DNA of 64,000 bases from Candidatus Bathyarchaeia archaeon (GTDB lineage: Archaea > Thermoproteota > Bathyarchaeia > 40CM-2-53-6): positions 416,001 through 480,000 of the forward strand of contig JBEKVV010000003.1 in the NCBI GenBank assembly GCA_049513715.1. The letters run 5' to 3'. Both the position numbers and the translations under genes were made by a program. Position 1 is the stretch's first letter. Each line of letters begins with the position of its first letter. The notes beneath the pieces were generated by a model. That model was not told the origin of the DNA and ran no database searches. It worked only from the letters and a program-made list of their open reading frames with translations. Below, one piece after another: positions 17,713 to 26,530 of this stretch.

Positions 17713-18885
17713 ATGAAGGGCATGGCTAATCGTAGGGCAATTGCTTCTCTTTGCTTAGCAAGGGCCGTTTATGCCGTCAATTGGTATAACGTGGCCGCAA
17801 TCTTCGCACTAATTGCATTGGATTTCAAGGAAAACGTGGGTGGGCTTGGCTTTCTCACCGGCAGCTTCTACATTGGCCTTGGCCTCTTCCAGGTCCCCGG
17901 CGGAATAATCGCTGCCAGATATGGGCCCAAAAGAACCGCGATATACGGAATACTTGTTGATTCCTTCGCTGTTTTACTCACGGGGTTTGCCACCGATTTC
18001 GTTGAAATCATACTCCTCCGTTTCTTCGTCGGGATGGGTATGGCGTTATTCTTCGCGCCTGGGGTTGTTTTGATTGCGAAATATTTCCGGAAAAACTCGG
18101 AAGGATTGGGTGTTGGAACGTTCAACTCGGCGTTCTATGTGGGTGGGGCAATAGGCTTGTTCGGTTGGGCAATCTTGGCTGAAATCGTTGGCTGGCATCT
18201 AAGCCTCATAATGGGCGGTGCGTTGGGCATTCTGACGGGTGTACTCATGATCGTTTCTGTTCCCAAGGATACACTGCGCGGGGATTTTCTCGTCAAATGG
18301 CCCGATTTACGGAAGATCTTAGAGGATAAGTGGTTACTGCTCTTGACCTTGGAACTCTTTGGAATTACTGCCGGCACAACCATCACAACAACCTTCATCG
18401 TGTACTATCTGGAGAATTCCCTTAACGTTGGAGCCGCGATGGCTGGTGTAGTGGGAGGCCTCGCTATGATCTCCTCCATAATCTCAGCACCATTGATCGG
18501 CAGAGCCTACGATCGAACCAAAGACGCTCGAAGGTTGCTCTTCCTGTCAGGTCTCATAATGTCCTTCGGCATCTCCTTCGCCTCTATTGGTAGGTTATGG
18601 AGTGCGGCCGTCTCCACGATAGTAGTAGGCCTCTGCGGAGGCGCCGCGTACACAGTAGGATTCACAGCGGCCCGGGATGTGCATACCGTTGCGAAAGAGT
18701 ACGAAACACTTGCTGTGAGCTGGGTAAATAGCATACAAATGTTTGCTGGTTTCTTCTCGCCGGTCGCATTCTCCCTAATCGTACTACGCTTCGGTTACTC
18801 GGCGGCATGGTTAGTTGCAGGCTTCTACACGCTAGCTCTGATTTCAATTATCCTCGTGTCTAAGGGCCGAAAAGCCAATGCGTAG
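17713..18885 (+). CDS. MFS transporter
   Basis: About 12 TM segments; GIIAARYGPK and GRAYDRTK loops. Confidence 0.9.
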   Translation: MKGMANRRAIASLCLARAVYAVNWYNVAAIFALIALDFKENVGGLGFLTGSFYIGLGLFQVPGGIIAARYGPKRTAIYGILVDSFAVLLTGFATDFVEIILLRFFVGMGMALFFAPGVVLIAKYFRKNSEGLGVGTFNSAFYVGGAIGLFGWAILAEIVGWHLSLIMGGALGILTGVLMIVSVPKDTLRGDFLVKWPDLRKILEDKWLLLLTLELFGITAGTTITTTFIVYYLENSLNVGAAMAGVVGGLAMISSIISAPLIGRAYDRTKDARRLLFLSGLIMSFGISFASIGRLWSAAVSTIVVGLCGGAAYTVGFTAARDVHTVAKEYETLAVSWVNSIQMFAGFFSPVAFSLIVLRFGYSAAWLVAGFYTLALISIILVSKGRKANA

Positions 18886-19025
18886 GGCTCAGTCGCAGGT
18901 GAAGATTCATAAGGCTCCTGTTGGAGATTTGGATCTGCGGCAAGGCCCGTGTGATTCGCATGAAGCACGACCATACAGCCGAACCTGACCTACGGCCAAC
19001 GTTGGCCGCTTAACTCCCCAATTTT

Positions 19026-19451
19026 TTGGTCCGTGATTCTGCGAGCGGAAGATCCGTGATGAATCAGAAACTTGTCGATACGATTGGCTTCGGGTTTCTT
19101 TTGTGGTTAATTGGGTACTTCATGGGTTTCTTCATTATCACAATTCCTGGTTACCCGGAAATAATGACAATCCCAGTCATCTTAACAGCATTCAGCCTTG
19201 CGGTAGCGTTAGTTACTGCCGCGTTTGCTTACGTCCGCTTCAGAAAACGCCGGGAGGTCAGTTGGCTTTACGCGTTCCTCGTCGGAATCGCGTGGACCAC
19301 CCTCGCAATCGTTCTTGATTTCATATTCATCGTCTTGCTGTTCAATGCGCCAAGCTACTATCGACCACACATCTTCATTTACTATGCCATCACTCTGGTC
19401 GTCCCGTCAGCTGTATCAAAATACTCGAGCCGACAGTTCTCACGAGAGTGA
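19026..19451 (+). CDS. Hypothetical 4-TM membrane protein (start perhaps ATG 19059)
   Basis: Hydrophobic ORF. Confidence 0.7.
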   Translation: MVRDSASGRSVMNQKLVDTIGFGFLLWLIGYFMGFFIITIPGYPEIMTIPVILTAFSLAVALVTAAFAYVRFRKRREVSWLYAFLVGIAWTTLAIVLDFIFIVLLFNAPSYYRPHIFIYYAITLVVPSAVSKYSSRQFSRE

Positions 19452-19490
19452 CCGCGTTCCCTTTTCGTGTAGAGTGAACTATTGGACCGT

Positions 19491-20228
19491 TTAGGACTTC
19501 AAAAGCTGCAGTGTGGCCTTCATGTTTTTGTCGAATATGACTTTCCGCACCCTCGAATCAGTATTCTGTCCCTTCATTGAACGGCCTCTGATCGTATTGA
19601 TGAATTCGCCACCATGTTCGACCAGTTTCATTTCGAGGACGGCATCAGATATCAGTTTCATCTCCTGGTAGAATTCCGGCGGATGTAGGCCATTGGCCAA
19701 CCCCGCAATCATAATCGTTCCTTGATTCCTCCAAATTCCCACTGCTTTTCGCGAAAATTTCGCAAAGACATTCTCTTGATTGAACGCTAAATTCGAGAAG
19801 GATTCAGTAATAACCAAAGTACCTGCAGGCCACTGCGGGGCGGACTTCCCCATTATTATGGACAACTCATTGAGATTCATAGCCTCAGACTGATATTTCT
19901 CGGCCGACGATATGCCCATCTGCGCAGAGTACGCGTCGAATACTACTGCCTTGTCACTGGACTCATATTCGGAAACATTGGCTCCCAACATGTCGAACTG
20001 CTGCCTGATTTCGCCGCTTGGTCGCGAAGAGACTGTGTACAGTAGATCTCCCCCAGCCCTCAGAAAATCCGCAGCTATATTCGTGAGCAGTGCGGTATAC
20101 TGAGCGTCAGGATCGTATAACGCCAGAATCGTTCTCCCAAAAGGTATCTCTCCAAAGAGTTCAGATAGAAGCGGAACCCTCACTGTTTTCTGCATGCCAT
20201 CCCCCGTTCCAATACAGGCACATTGCAA
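19491..20228 (-). CDS. KaiC/RAD55-like domain protein with degenerate Walker A
   Basis: PLLSELFGEIPFG, ISDAVLEM, RSMKG; P-loop position reads YDPDAQYT. Confidence 0.75.
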   Translation of the reverse strand: MQCACIGTGDGMQKTVRVPLLSELFGEIPFGRTILALYDPDAQYTALLTNIAADFLRAGGDLLYTVSSRPSGEIRQQFDMLGANVSEYESSDKAVVFDAYSAQMGISSAEKYQSEAMNLNELSIIMGKSAPQWPAGTLVITESFSNLAFNQENVFAKFSRKAVGIWRNQGTIMIAGLANGLHPPEFYQEMKLISDAVLEMKLVEHGGEFINTIRGRSMKGQNTDSRVRKVIFDKNMKATLQLLKS

Positions 20229-20244
20229 GACAAGGTGGGATAGG

Positions 20245-21381
20245 TCAAGTGCGAATCTTTAGAGGTTGTTCGAGTGATTTCTTGACGGTTAGGTTGAGCA
20301 CAACTTCCGCAATGTCGGTGGCGTACTCGCCGATTCTCCGAAGACTCTCTGAAATCAGGGTGATGGCGGACAGCTCGTTGGCGGGCATCTTCTCCTTCAC
20401 CAAACGCTCCACGATTCTCGATTCAAGCCCGGCAATCTTCTGTTTATCGAGAAGCACTTTCTCAGCGAGTTCGTAGTCTCCTGCGAACAAAGAGCGCATC
20501 GAGGCTTCCATCATATCGGCTGAGATTTGGCTCAGTGCCTTTGTGTCTTTCAAAAGCCCAGCTTCTAAGGGATGTTCAATGACTAAGGAATTCTCTGCAA
20601 CTTTTGCAGCATGGTCCGCAGACCTCTCGATGCTCTTCGTTACAATCCTGTAGCCGAGGCATTCCACGGGTTCAGTGAGGCCGATTGTTCCTAGAAGAGG
20701 CGGGTGCTGAACTGCCCACTTCAATTGCCGAATAATGTAAAGACCAAAGCGGTCAATCTCATCGTCAATTTTCAACACTTGTTTGGCCAGCTCATGATCT
20801 GAGTTTGCCAGAGCCTGCATGGCGTCATGAAGCATAGAGCTAGTGATGGAGCTCATCCTTCTGAGCGCATCCGGTACGAGCAGCTGAGGAGAGGTGAGAA
20901 GAACTTGGAGTGTAGCGCTTCGGGCAGATTCCGTGACGAGCTCCGTCCCAACTAGCTTGTTTCTCGCCACGTTTCTAATGCTATCGCGGATCGCCGCTGA
21001 CAGATTACCCGACGCCGAGCTTACTTCGATCGTCGAGAATCCTACGACATAAAGTGAGATGATTTTACGCGTCAATGCCTCCGGGTCCGCTTCGGATCCC
21101 ACTGTGATGGAGCATCTTGAACTCTGATCATCAAACTTGGCGCTGTCAGACGGGACAAGTAGGAGACCACGCTCGTCTTGTCTACTGAACTCTACCCTGC
21201 CACCCTTGCGCAACCCCGCCTCCTCTACCCAGCGCTTCGGGATTGATACGATGTAAGACCCACGCCCGGTCAATTGTATGCGGCGAATGTACCGGTCCTC
21301 TGATTCTTCTTCCGGCGAATCCTTTGGGGTTTTCATGGGTTGTACTATAGATTTCTGGTATTTCATGTTATTGCTTCGCAT
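20245..21381 (-). CDS. AbrB-PhoU phosphate uptake regulator (probable start ATG 21336)
   Basis: RRIQLTGRGSYIVSIPKRW; two PhoU repeats (DDEIDR, IERSADH, LRRIGEY). Confidence 0.92.
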   Translation of the reverse strand: MRSNNMKYQKSIVQPMKTPKDSPEEESEDRYIRRIQLTGRGSYIVSIPKRWVEEAGLRKGGRVEFSRQDERGLLLVPSDSAKFDDQSSRCSITVGSEADPEALTRKIISLYVVGFSTIEVSSASGNLSAAIRDSIRNVARNKLVGTELVTESARSATLQVLLTSPQLLVPDALRRMSSITSSMLHDAMQALANSDHELAKQVLKIDDEIDRFGLYIIRQLKWAVQHPPLLGTIGLTEPVECLGYRIVTKSIERSADHAAKVAENSLVIEHPLEAGLLKDTKALSQISADMMEASMRSLFAGDYELAEKVLLDKQKIAGLESRIVERLVKEKMPANELSAITLISESLRRIGEYATDIAEVVLNLTVKKSLEQPLKIRT

Positions 21382-21384
21382 TTA

Positions 21385-22011
21385 CTATATTTTCTTCCCC
21401 GACGTAATGTAAATCACGGAATCGCCTATGTAGCATGCATGGTCCGCAATTCGCTCTAGGTATCTCAGCACGAGTGTGGAGGCCAAGGCACATTTTAGCT
21501 GGATTGGTTCTTGCTGAGTGACTTCTTTGATGTAATCGAGGTAGATCTTGTCGACGGCGTCGTCCTCGTCCCGAAGAGAACGTGCCATGTCACTGTCCCT
21601 AGTCTTGAATGAGAGTATGCTCGCCTGCATCATCTTGGTGACCTTCCCGCTGAGGTCTTGGACGACCGACTTGTCGCATTGGGAGAGGTCTCCGAATATT
21701 TCGAGGACCTGCGCAATATCGTATGCATACCTTCCGAAGCGCGAGAAACCATAGGCGATCTCAAGACAGGATTTTATAAAACGGAGGTCTGTTGCGACTG
21801 GCTGATATCTTGCAAGAAGCTCCACTGCAAGCTCTTCAACCTCGTTGGAAAGCATCGATAACTGGTGTGCCCTATTCAGGGCCTCCTTTGTGATCCGCTC
21901 TCCCTTACCGTAGGCTTCAATAGCCTTCATCACGGATTCTTGCGCAAGATTCGCCATATCACCGATGGCGTTCGAGAGCCTTTCTAATCCCATGTCCATT
22001 AGGCGTGGCAA
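21385..22011 (-). CDS. phoU: Phosphate transport regulator PhoU
   Basis: LARYQPVATDLR, DDAVD, LERIADHA. Confidence 0.93.
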   Translation of the reverse strand: MPRLMDMGLERLSNAIGDMANLAQESVMKAIEAYGKGERITKEALNRAHQLSMLSNEVEELAVELLARYQPVATDLRFIKSCLEIAYGFSRFGRYAYDIAQVLEIFGDLSQCDKSVVQDLSGKVTKMMQASILSFKTRDSDMARSLRDEDDAVDKIYLDYIKEVTQQEPIQLKCALASTLVLRYLERIADHACYIGDSVIYITSGKKI

Positions 22012-22017
22012 GCGAGA

Positions 22018-22848
22018 TCAACCAAACTTACCGCTGATGTAGCGCTCCGTCAGTTCATTTCTGGGATTCTCGAAAATCTGCTTAGTGGGCCCGTACTCAA
22101 TCAGCTTGCCAAGATACAGAAAACCCGTGAAATCAGATATCCTTGCGGCCTGCTGCATATTGTGCGTGACCACTATCACCGTGTAGGTTTCCTTCAATTT
22201 GATAATAAGCTCCTCAATCTTGGCTGTTGCAACAGGGTCTAGTGCTGAGCACGGCTCGTCCATCAGAACTATCTCGGGCTCTATGGCGAGAGCCCTGGCT
22301 ATGCAGAGCCTCTGTTGTTGGCCGCCGGAAAGGCTGGCCCCTGACTCGTTTATTCGATCTCCTACCTCATCCCACAAGAACGCCTTCCTGAGATTCTCCT
22401 CAACTTTGATCGATACGGTCTTATGATCTCTAACTCCATTTAGCCGAAGCCCGGCAGCAACATTGTCAAACACGGACATCGTCGGGAACGGATTCGGCTT
22501 TTGAAAAACCATGCCGATTCTCCTGCGAACATCAACGGGGTCACTGTCTGGAGAGTAGGTGTTCTGACCGCCAAGGATGACGCTTCCCGTAACCCACGCG
22601 GTTGAAGCTACTTCATGCATCCTGTTCAGGCATCGAATGAGTGTTGATTTTCCGCATCCCGAAGGCCCAATGATCGCCGTCACCATATTCTCTTTGAAAC
22701 TCAACGATATGTCTTCTAGCACTCTCTTCTTGCCGAAACCGGCGTTCAGGTTCTCTACAGTCAATTTCTCTTTCAAATTCTCGAAAGTCCCTCCATTCTT
22801 GCGAGCATCTATCATAGGCATTTGCACGACTACCCGTGAACTTAACAT
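22018..22848 (-). CDS. pstB: Phosphate ABC transporter ATPase (true start probably near 22821)
   Basis: GPSGCGKST, MVFQKPNPFP, LSGGQQQRLCIAR. Confidence 0.96.
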   Translation of the reverse strand: MLSSRVVVQMPMIDARKNGGTFENLKEKLTVENLNAGFGKKRVLEDISLSFKENMVTAIIGPSGCGKSTLIRCLNRMHEVASTAWVTGSVILGGQNTYSPDSDPVDVRRRIGMVFQKPNPFPTMSVFDNVAAGLRLNGVRDHKTVSIKVEENLRKAFLWDEVGDRINESGASLSGGQQQRLCIARALAIEPEIVLMDEPCSALDPVATAKIEELIIKLKETYTVIVVTHNMQQAARISDFTGFLYLGKLIEYGPTKQIFENPRNELTERYISGKFG

Positions 22849-22900
22849 GACTTACTACCAGTTGGGAACGTCGTCGAGGTCGCCAACTAGTTGAAAGCGT

Positions 22901-22962
22901 GTTACATGAATCCTATAGATACACATGCGAACGTGTGACTCTCATGGTATTCCACTAAATAT
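22901..22962 (+). promoter_or_regulatory. Putative Pho box + TATA of pstS
   Basis: GTTACATGAATCCTATAGATACACATG; aligns without gaps to 26300-26361. Confidence 0.65.
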
Positions 22963-24190
22963 GCCATGGCCTGCACATGGCGACATGATGACGCATATGT
23001 CAAATGAAAAACCTAAACGAAATCTGGGCCGAATAACGATTGTCGTGGTCGTTGTCATAGTCGCGATCATTGCAGGTGCATTCGGATACCAATCCATGAA
23101 CAACTCAAGTCCTTCAATGCAGTCAACATCGCAATCAATGTCAGCAACTGGCTCAATGACAGAAAGTCAACCTGTCTCTGTTCTTGGGGCTGGGGCTACT
23201 TTCCCCGCTCCGCTGATCCAGAGATGGACCGTGGAATACCATAACCTGTACTCTTCAGTCACAATAAACTACAACCCAATAGGAAGCGGCGGTGGAATTC
23301 AGCAAATCACAGCGAAGACAGTGGACTTCGGCGCATCTGACGCCCCATTGTCCGACAAGCAAATGGCAAATGCCTCAGGGCTAGTACTGATGCCCGAAAC
23401 ACTCGGAGGCGTAGCAGTAACTTACAACCTCAACTCCTATGGAATATCGAATAGTACAACAATCAACTTCTCAGGCGACGTGCTGGTAGGAATCTACATG
23501 GGTACGATCACAAAATGGAATGATCCAGCAATCCAAGCTTTGAACCCCGGTTTGAACCTCCCGAGCGCAACCATAGCGGCCGTACACCGATCTGATGGAA
23601 GTGGAACCACCTACGCGTTCACAGACTACCTCTCAACAGTTAACCCCGATTGGAAGTCAGCCGTCGGGCGAAGCACATCAGTGACGTGGCCTGCAGACAA
23701 AACCGCAAGTGGAATCGGCGCCAAAGGCAACGCAGGCGTAGCAGGAACCGTCGTCAACACGCAGGGCGCGATCGGTTACGTGGATGTAATCTACGCTGTC
23801 AACAACCATTTGGGCATCGGAGCAGTGAAGAACGCAGCTGGCAACTTCATAGTCCCAACCCTACAAACCATATTGTATGCAGCAGCGAATGCAACTGGCA
23901 CACCAAACCCTAGCGACCTTCGACTGCACATCGTGAATGCTCCAGGCGATCAATCATACCCAATTGCCACCTACACCTACATCCTCATCTACAAGGACAT
24001 GTCCGCTAACCCAAGCACAACTCTAGCAAAGGCACAAGCATTGGCAAAATTCCTCTGGTGGGCAATTCACGACGGCCAGAAATACTCAGAAGGCCTCATC
24101 TACGTACCACTACCACAGAACATTGTATCCGCTGACGAGCAACTGCTCCTATCGCTGAACTACCAAGGACAACAACTGATAACTCAATAA
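22925..24190 (+). CDS. pstS: Phosphate-binding protein (probable start 22985-22997)
   Basis: GAGATFP, GSGGG, VDFGASD, HRSDGSGTT. Confidence 0.96.
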   Translation: MRTCDSHGIPLNMPWPAHGDMMTHMSNEKPKRNLGRITIVVVVVIVAIIAGAFGYQSMNNSSPSMQSTSQSMSATGSMTESQPVSVLGAGATFPAPLIQRWTVEYHNLYSSVTINYNPIGSGGGIQQITAKTVDFGASDAPLSDKQMANASGLVLMPETLGGVAVTYNLNSYGISNSTTINFSGDVLVGIYMGTITKWNDPAIQALNPGLNLPSATIAAVHRSDGSGTTYAFTDYLSTVNPDWKSAVGRSTSVTWPADKTASGIGAKGNAGVAGTVVNTQGAIGYVDVIYAVNNHLGIGAVKNAAGNFIVPTLQTILYAAANATGTPNPSDLRLHIVNAPGDQSYPIATYTYILIYKDMSANPSTTLAKAQALAKFLWWAIHDGQKYSEGLIYVPLPQNIVSADEQLLLSLNYQGQQLITQ

Positions 24191-24203
24191 ACCCAGCAAA
24201 CGT

Positions 24204-25190
24204 TTGAGCACGTCCTTGACAACCTTCGGTAAGACAAGCCGCGTCCACAAGAGAACGCGGCGACCCAACCTTTTTCTTATTTTACTGATTATAGCAGCTA
24301 TCGCTATTCCGTGTATTACGACCATCTATCTTTACGCCTTATTCATCGGGAGCACGGATTCGATTCGTGCTTTTGGACTCAACTTTCTCTTCAATACCGA
24401 TTGGATTCCGAACCCGGCAAACGGCGGCCCGCCGTCACTTGGCGCATTGCCAGCGATTTATGGGTCAATCGTAACCACGGCTATCTCCCTCCTACTGGCC
24501 GTGCCCATTAGCCTGGGAGTAGCATTGTTCCAATCAGAATTAGCTCCAAAGAAATTACGCGTTCCGTCCGTCTTCATGATTGAACTACTAGCTGCCGTAC
24601 CGAGTGTAGTGTATGGGTTGTGGGGTTTACTGTTCCTTGTCCCGTTCATGCGTGACTACATCAACCCACCACTGAAACAATTTCTTGGTTTCCTTCCACT
24701 CTTCCAGGGTCCAATCACCGGACTCGGAATGTTAACTGCAGGCGTAATCCTTGCCATCATGATCATACCTTACGGTTCTTCAGTCATGCGGGAAGTGATA
24801 ACAGCCGTACCACGAAGCCAACGAGAAGCCTGCATTGCCCTCGGTGCTACGAATTGGGAGACGATTCGCACAGCTGTGATACCTTTCGCGCGGACTGGGA
24901 TAATTGCGGCAGTCGTCCTCGCTTTGGGACGCGCAATTGGTGAAACGATGGCTGTGATAATGGTGATCGGAAACGTTGCGAGAATCTCGCCATCCTTGTT
25001 CCTTCCTGCCGAAACGATTCCAAGTGTCATTGCGAATGAGTTCACAGAGGTTGCAGGGAATAATGTTTACCTAGCCGCTCTTTTCGAGCTGGGCCTGATC
25101 CTATTCGCGATTGCATTCCTGATGAACCTCGCAGGAAGGGTACTGGTATCAAGATTGAGTTACAAAGCGGGGCGTGATGTCAGTGCTTAG
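24204..25190 (+). CDS. pstC: Phosphate ABC permease
   Basis: ELLAAVPSVVYGLWG, LGRAIGETMAV. Confidence 0.96.
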   Translation: MSTSLTTFGKTSRVHKRTRRPNLFLILLIIAAIAIPCITTIYLYALFIGSTDSIRAFGLNFLFNTDWIPNPANGGPPSLGALPAIYGSIVTTAISLLLAVPISLGVALFQSELAPKKLRVPSVFMIELLAAVPSVVYGLWGLLFLVPFMRDYINPPLKQFLGFLPLFQGPITGLGMLTAGVILAIMIIPYGSSVMREVITAVPRSQREACIALGATNWETIRTAVIPFARTGIIAAVVLALGRAIGETMAVIMVIGNVARISPSLFLPAETIPSVIANEFTEVAGNNVYLAALFELGLILFAIAFLMNLAGRVLVSRLSYKAGRDVSA

Positions 25191-26028
25191 CCTCCGAATG
25201 AGAAAGAGAGTCACTAACAGCCTATTCATCGGTCTCGCGACTTTCTGTTTTCTCTTAGCTCTTGTGCCTTTGGCGGCAATTCTTTACCAGACGATTATGT
25301 CTGGGTATGGTGCACTGAGTCTCGATTTCTTCACTCAGGTGACGCCGCCCATCGGTGGAGCCGGCGGCGGAATCCTGAACGCTATCGAAGGAAGCCTCGT
25401 CATGGTCGCGATCGCGGCTCTGATTGGCACCCCCCTCGGAGTGTTCACGGGGGCCTACTTAGCTGAATACCCTGGAAAATTCGCATACCAAGTTAGGCTT
25501 CTAGCGGAGGTATTGACTGGCGTACCTTCAATCGTAACCGGCATTGTGGTTTACGTACTGATTGTATCTACCCAACACCGGTTCTCTGCCCTGAGCGGCG
25601 GAATAGCTCTCGGGTTCATGATGATTCCAATCGTTACCATATCGACCCACGAATCATTGAAGCTTGTCTCATCGTCAATAAGGGAAGGCGCCTTGGCGTT
25701 AGGAATTTCCAGGGCAAAAACGACAGTGTATGTGTTACTGAGCACAGCAAGAAGTGGGGTGATTACTGGCATCGCTCTGGCGGTGGCCCGGGTTATGGGC
25801 GAAACAGCACCACTCCTCTTCACAGCTCTGGGAAGTCAGTTCCTGATGACTAGCCTCAACGACCCCGCAGCGTCTATGACTCTTCTGATATTCGATTTCG
25901 GCACATCACCCTACGAAAACTCCCATGTCTTCGCATGGGGCGCCGCTCTAATCCTTCTTGTAATTGTGCTCGGACTAAACATTGTAGTGCGGACAGCATC
26001 ACGGTTGAAATTCGCGGCCACCGAGTAG
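25174..26028 (+). CDS. pstA: Phosphate ABC permease
   Basis: GVPSIVTG, ARVMGETAPLL. Confidence 0.96.
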   Translation: MMSVLSLRMRKRVTNSLFIGLATFCFLLALVPLAAILYQTIMSGYGALSLDFFTQVTPPIGGAGGGILNAIEGSLVMVAIAALIGTPLGVFTGAYLAEYPGKFAYQVRLLAEVLTGVPSIVTGIVVYVLIVSTQHRFSALSGGIALGFMMIPIVTISTHESLKLVSSSIREGALALGISRAKTTVYVLLSTARSGVITGIALAVARVMGETAPLLFTALGSQFLMTSLNDPAASMTLLIFDFGTSPYENSHVFAWGAALILLVIVLGLNIVVRTASRLKFAATE

Positions 26029-26299
26029 GCAGATTGGAGTTCCCGCAATTCGTCCACTGTCCCGAAAGGTCCCTGATTTCTCCTCCGCTGAGGCACTAGT
26101 CAACTTTCATAATCTCAGTCTTTGTTGGTATTCTGCACAATTCTGAATGATTAGATGTGACCTGTTGGATCTGGATAGCAAAACGCGCATCGACAACTCA
26201 AGGTGTTGACGATCTCTCTTGTCGCTTTGTCGCAGACGCCTTTGTAGCCCCTCTAGCCTCGAATCTTCCACGCACAAAGAACTTGGGAATTCAGGCAGG

Positions 26300-26361
26300 G
26301 TTACATGATTACTATAGAATCACGTGATAGCCCATTGTCACAATGGTAATCGAGTATAAAC
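26300..26361 (+). promoter_or_regulatory. Second putative Pho box + TATA
   Basis: GTTACATGATTACTATAGAATCACGTG..ATGGTAATCGAGTATAAA. Confidence 0.65.
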
Positions 26362-26385
26362 GAGAAGAGGTGATCTCTAACCGCG

Positions 26386-26484
26386 ATGAAAATGCAAAAT
26401 AAAGACCAGAACAAGTTAGGATGGAGAGACACAGATGGCGAGCAAGTCGGGCGCGAGGACATTTTCTTCTGGTTCCTTGAGTGA
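26386..26484 (+). CDS. Putative 32-aa small protein under the Pho-like promoter
   Basis: MKMQNKDQNKLGWRDTDGEQVGREDIFFWFLE; ATG sits at the promoter offset equivalent to the pstS ATG. Confidence 0.45.
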   Translation: MKMQNKDQNKLGWRDTDGEQVGREDIFFWFLE

Positions 26485-26530
26485 GCCGACCGCAGTGTCT
26501 CCACCAGCAGTGGTCTTCCAGGCCGTTTGT

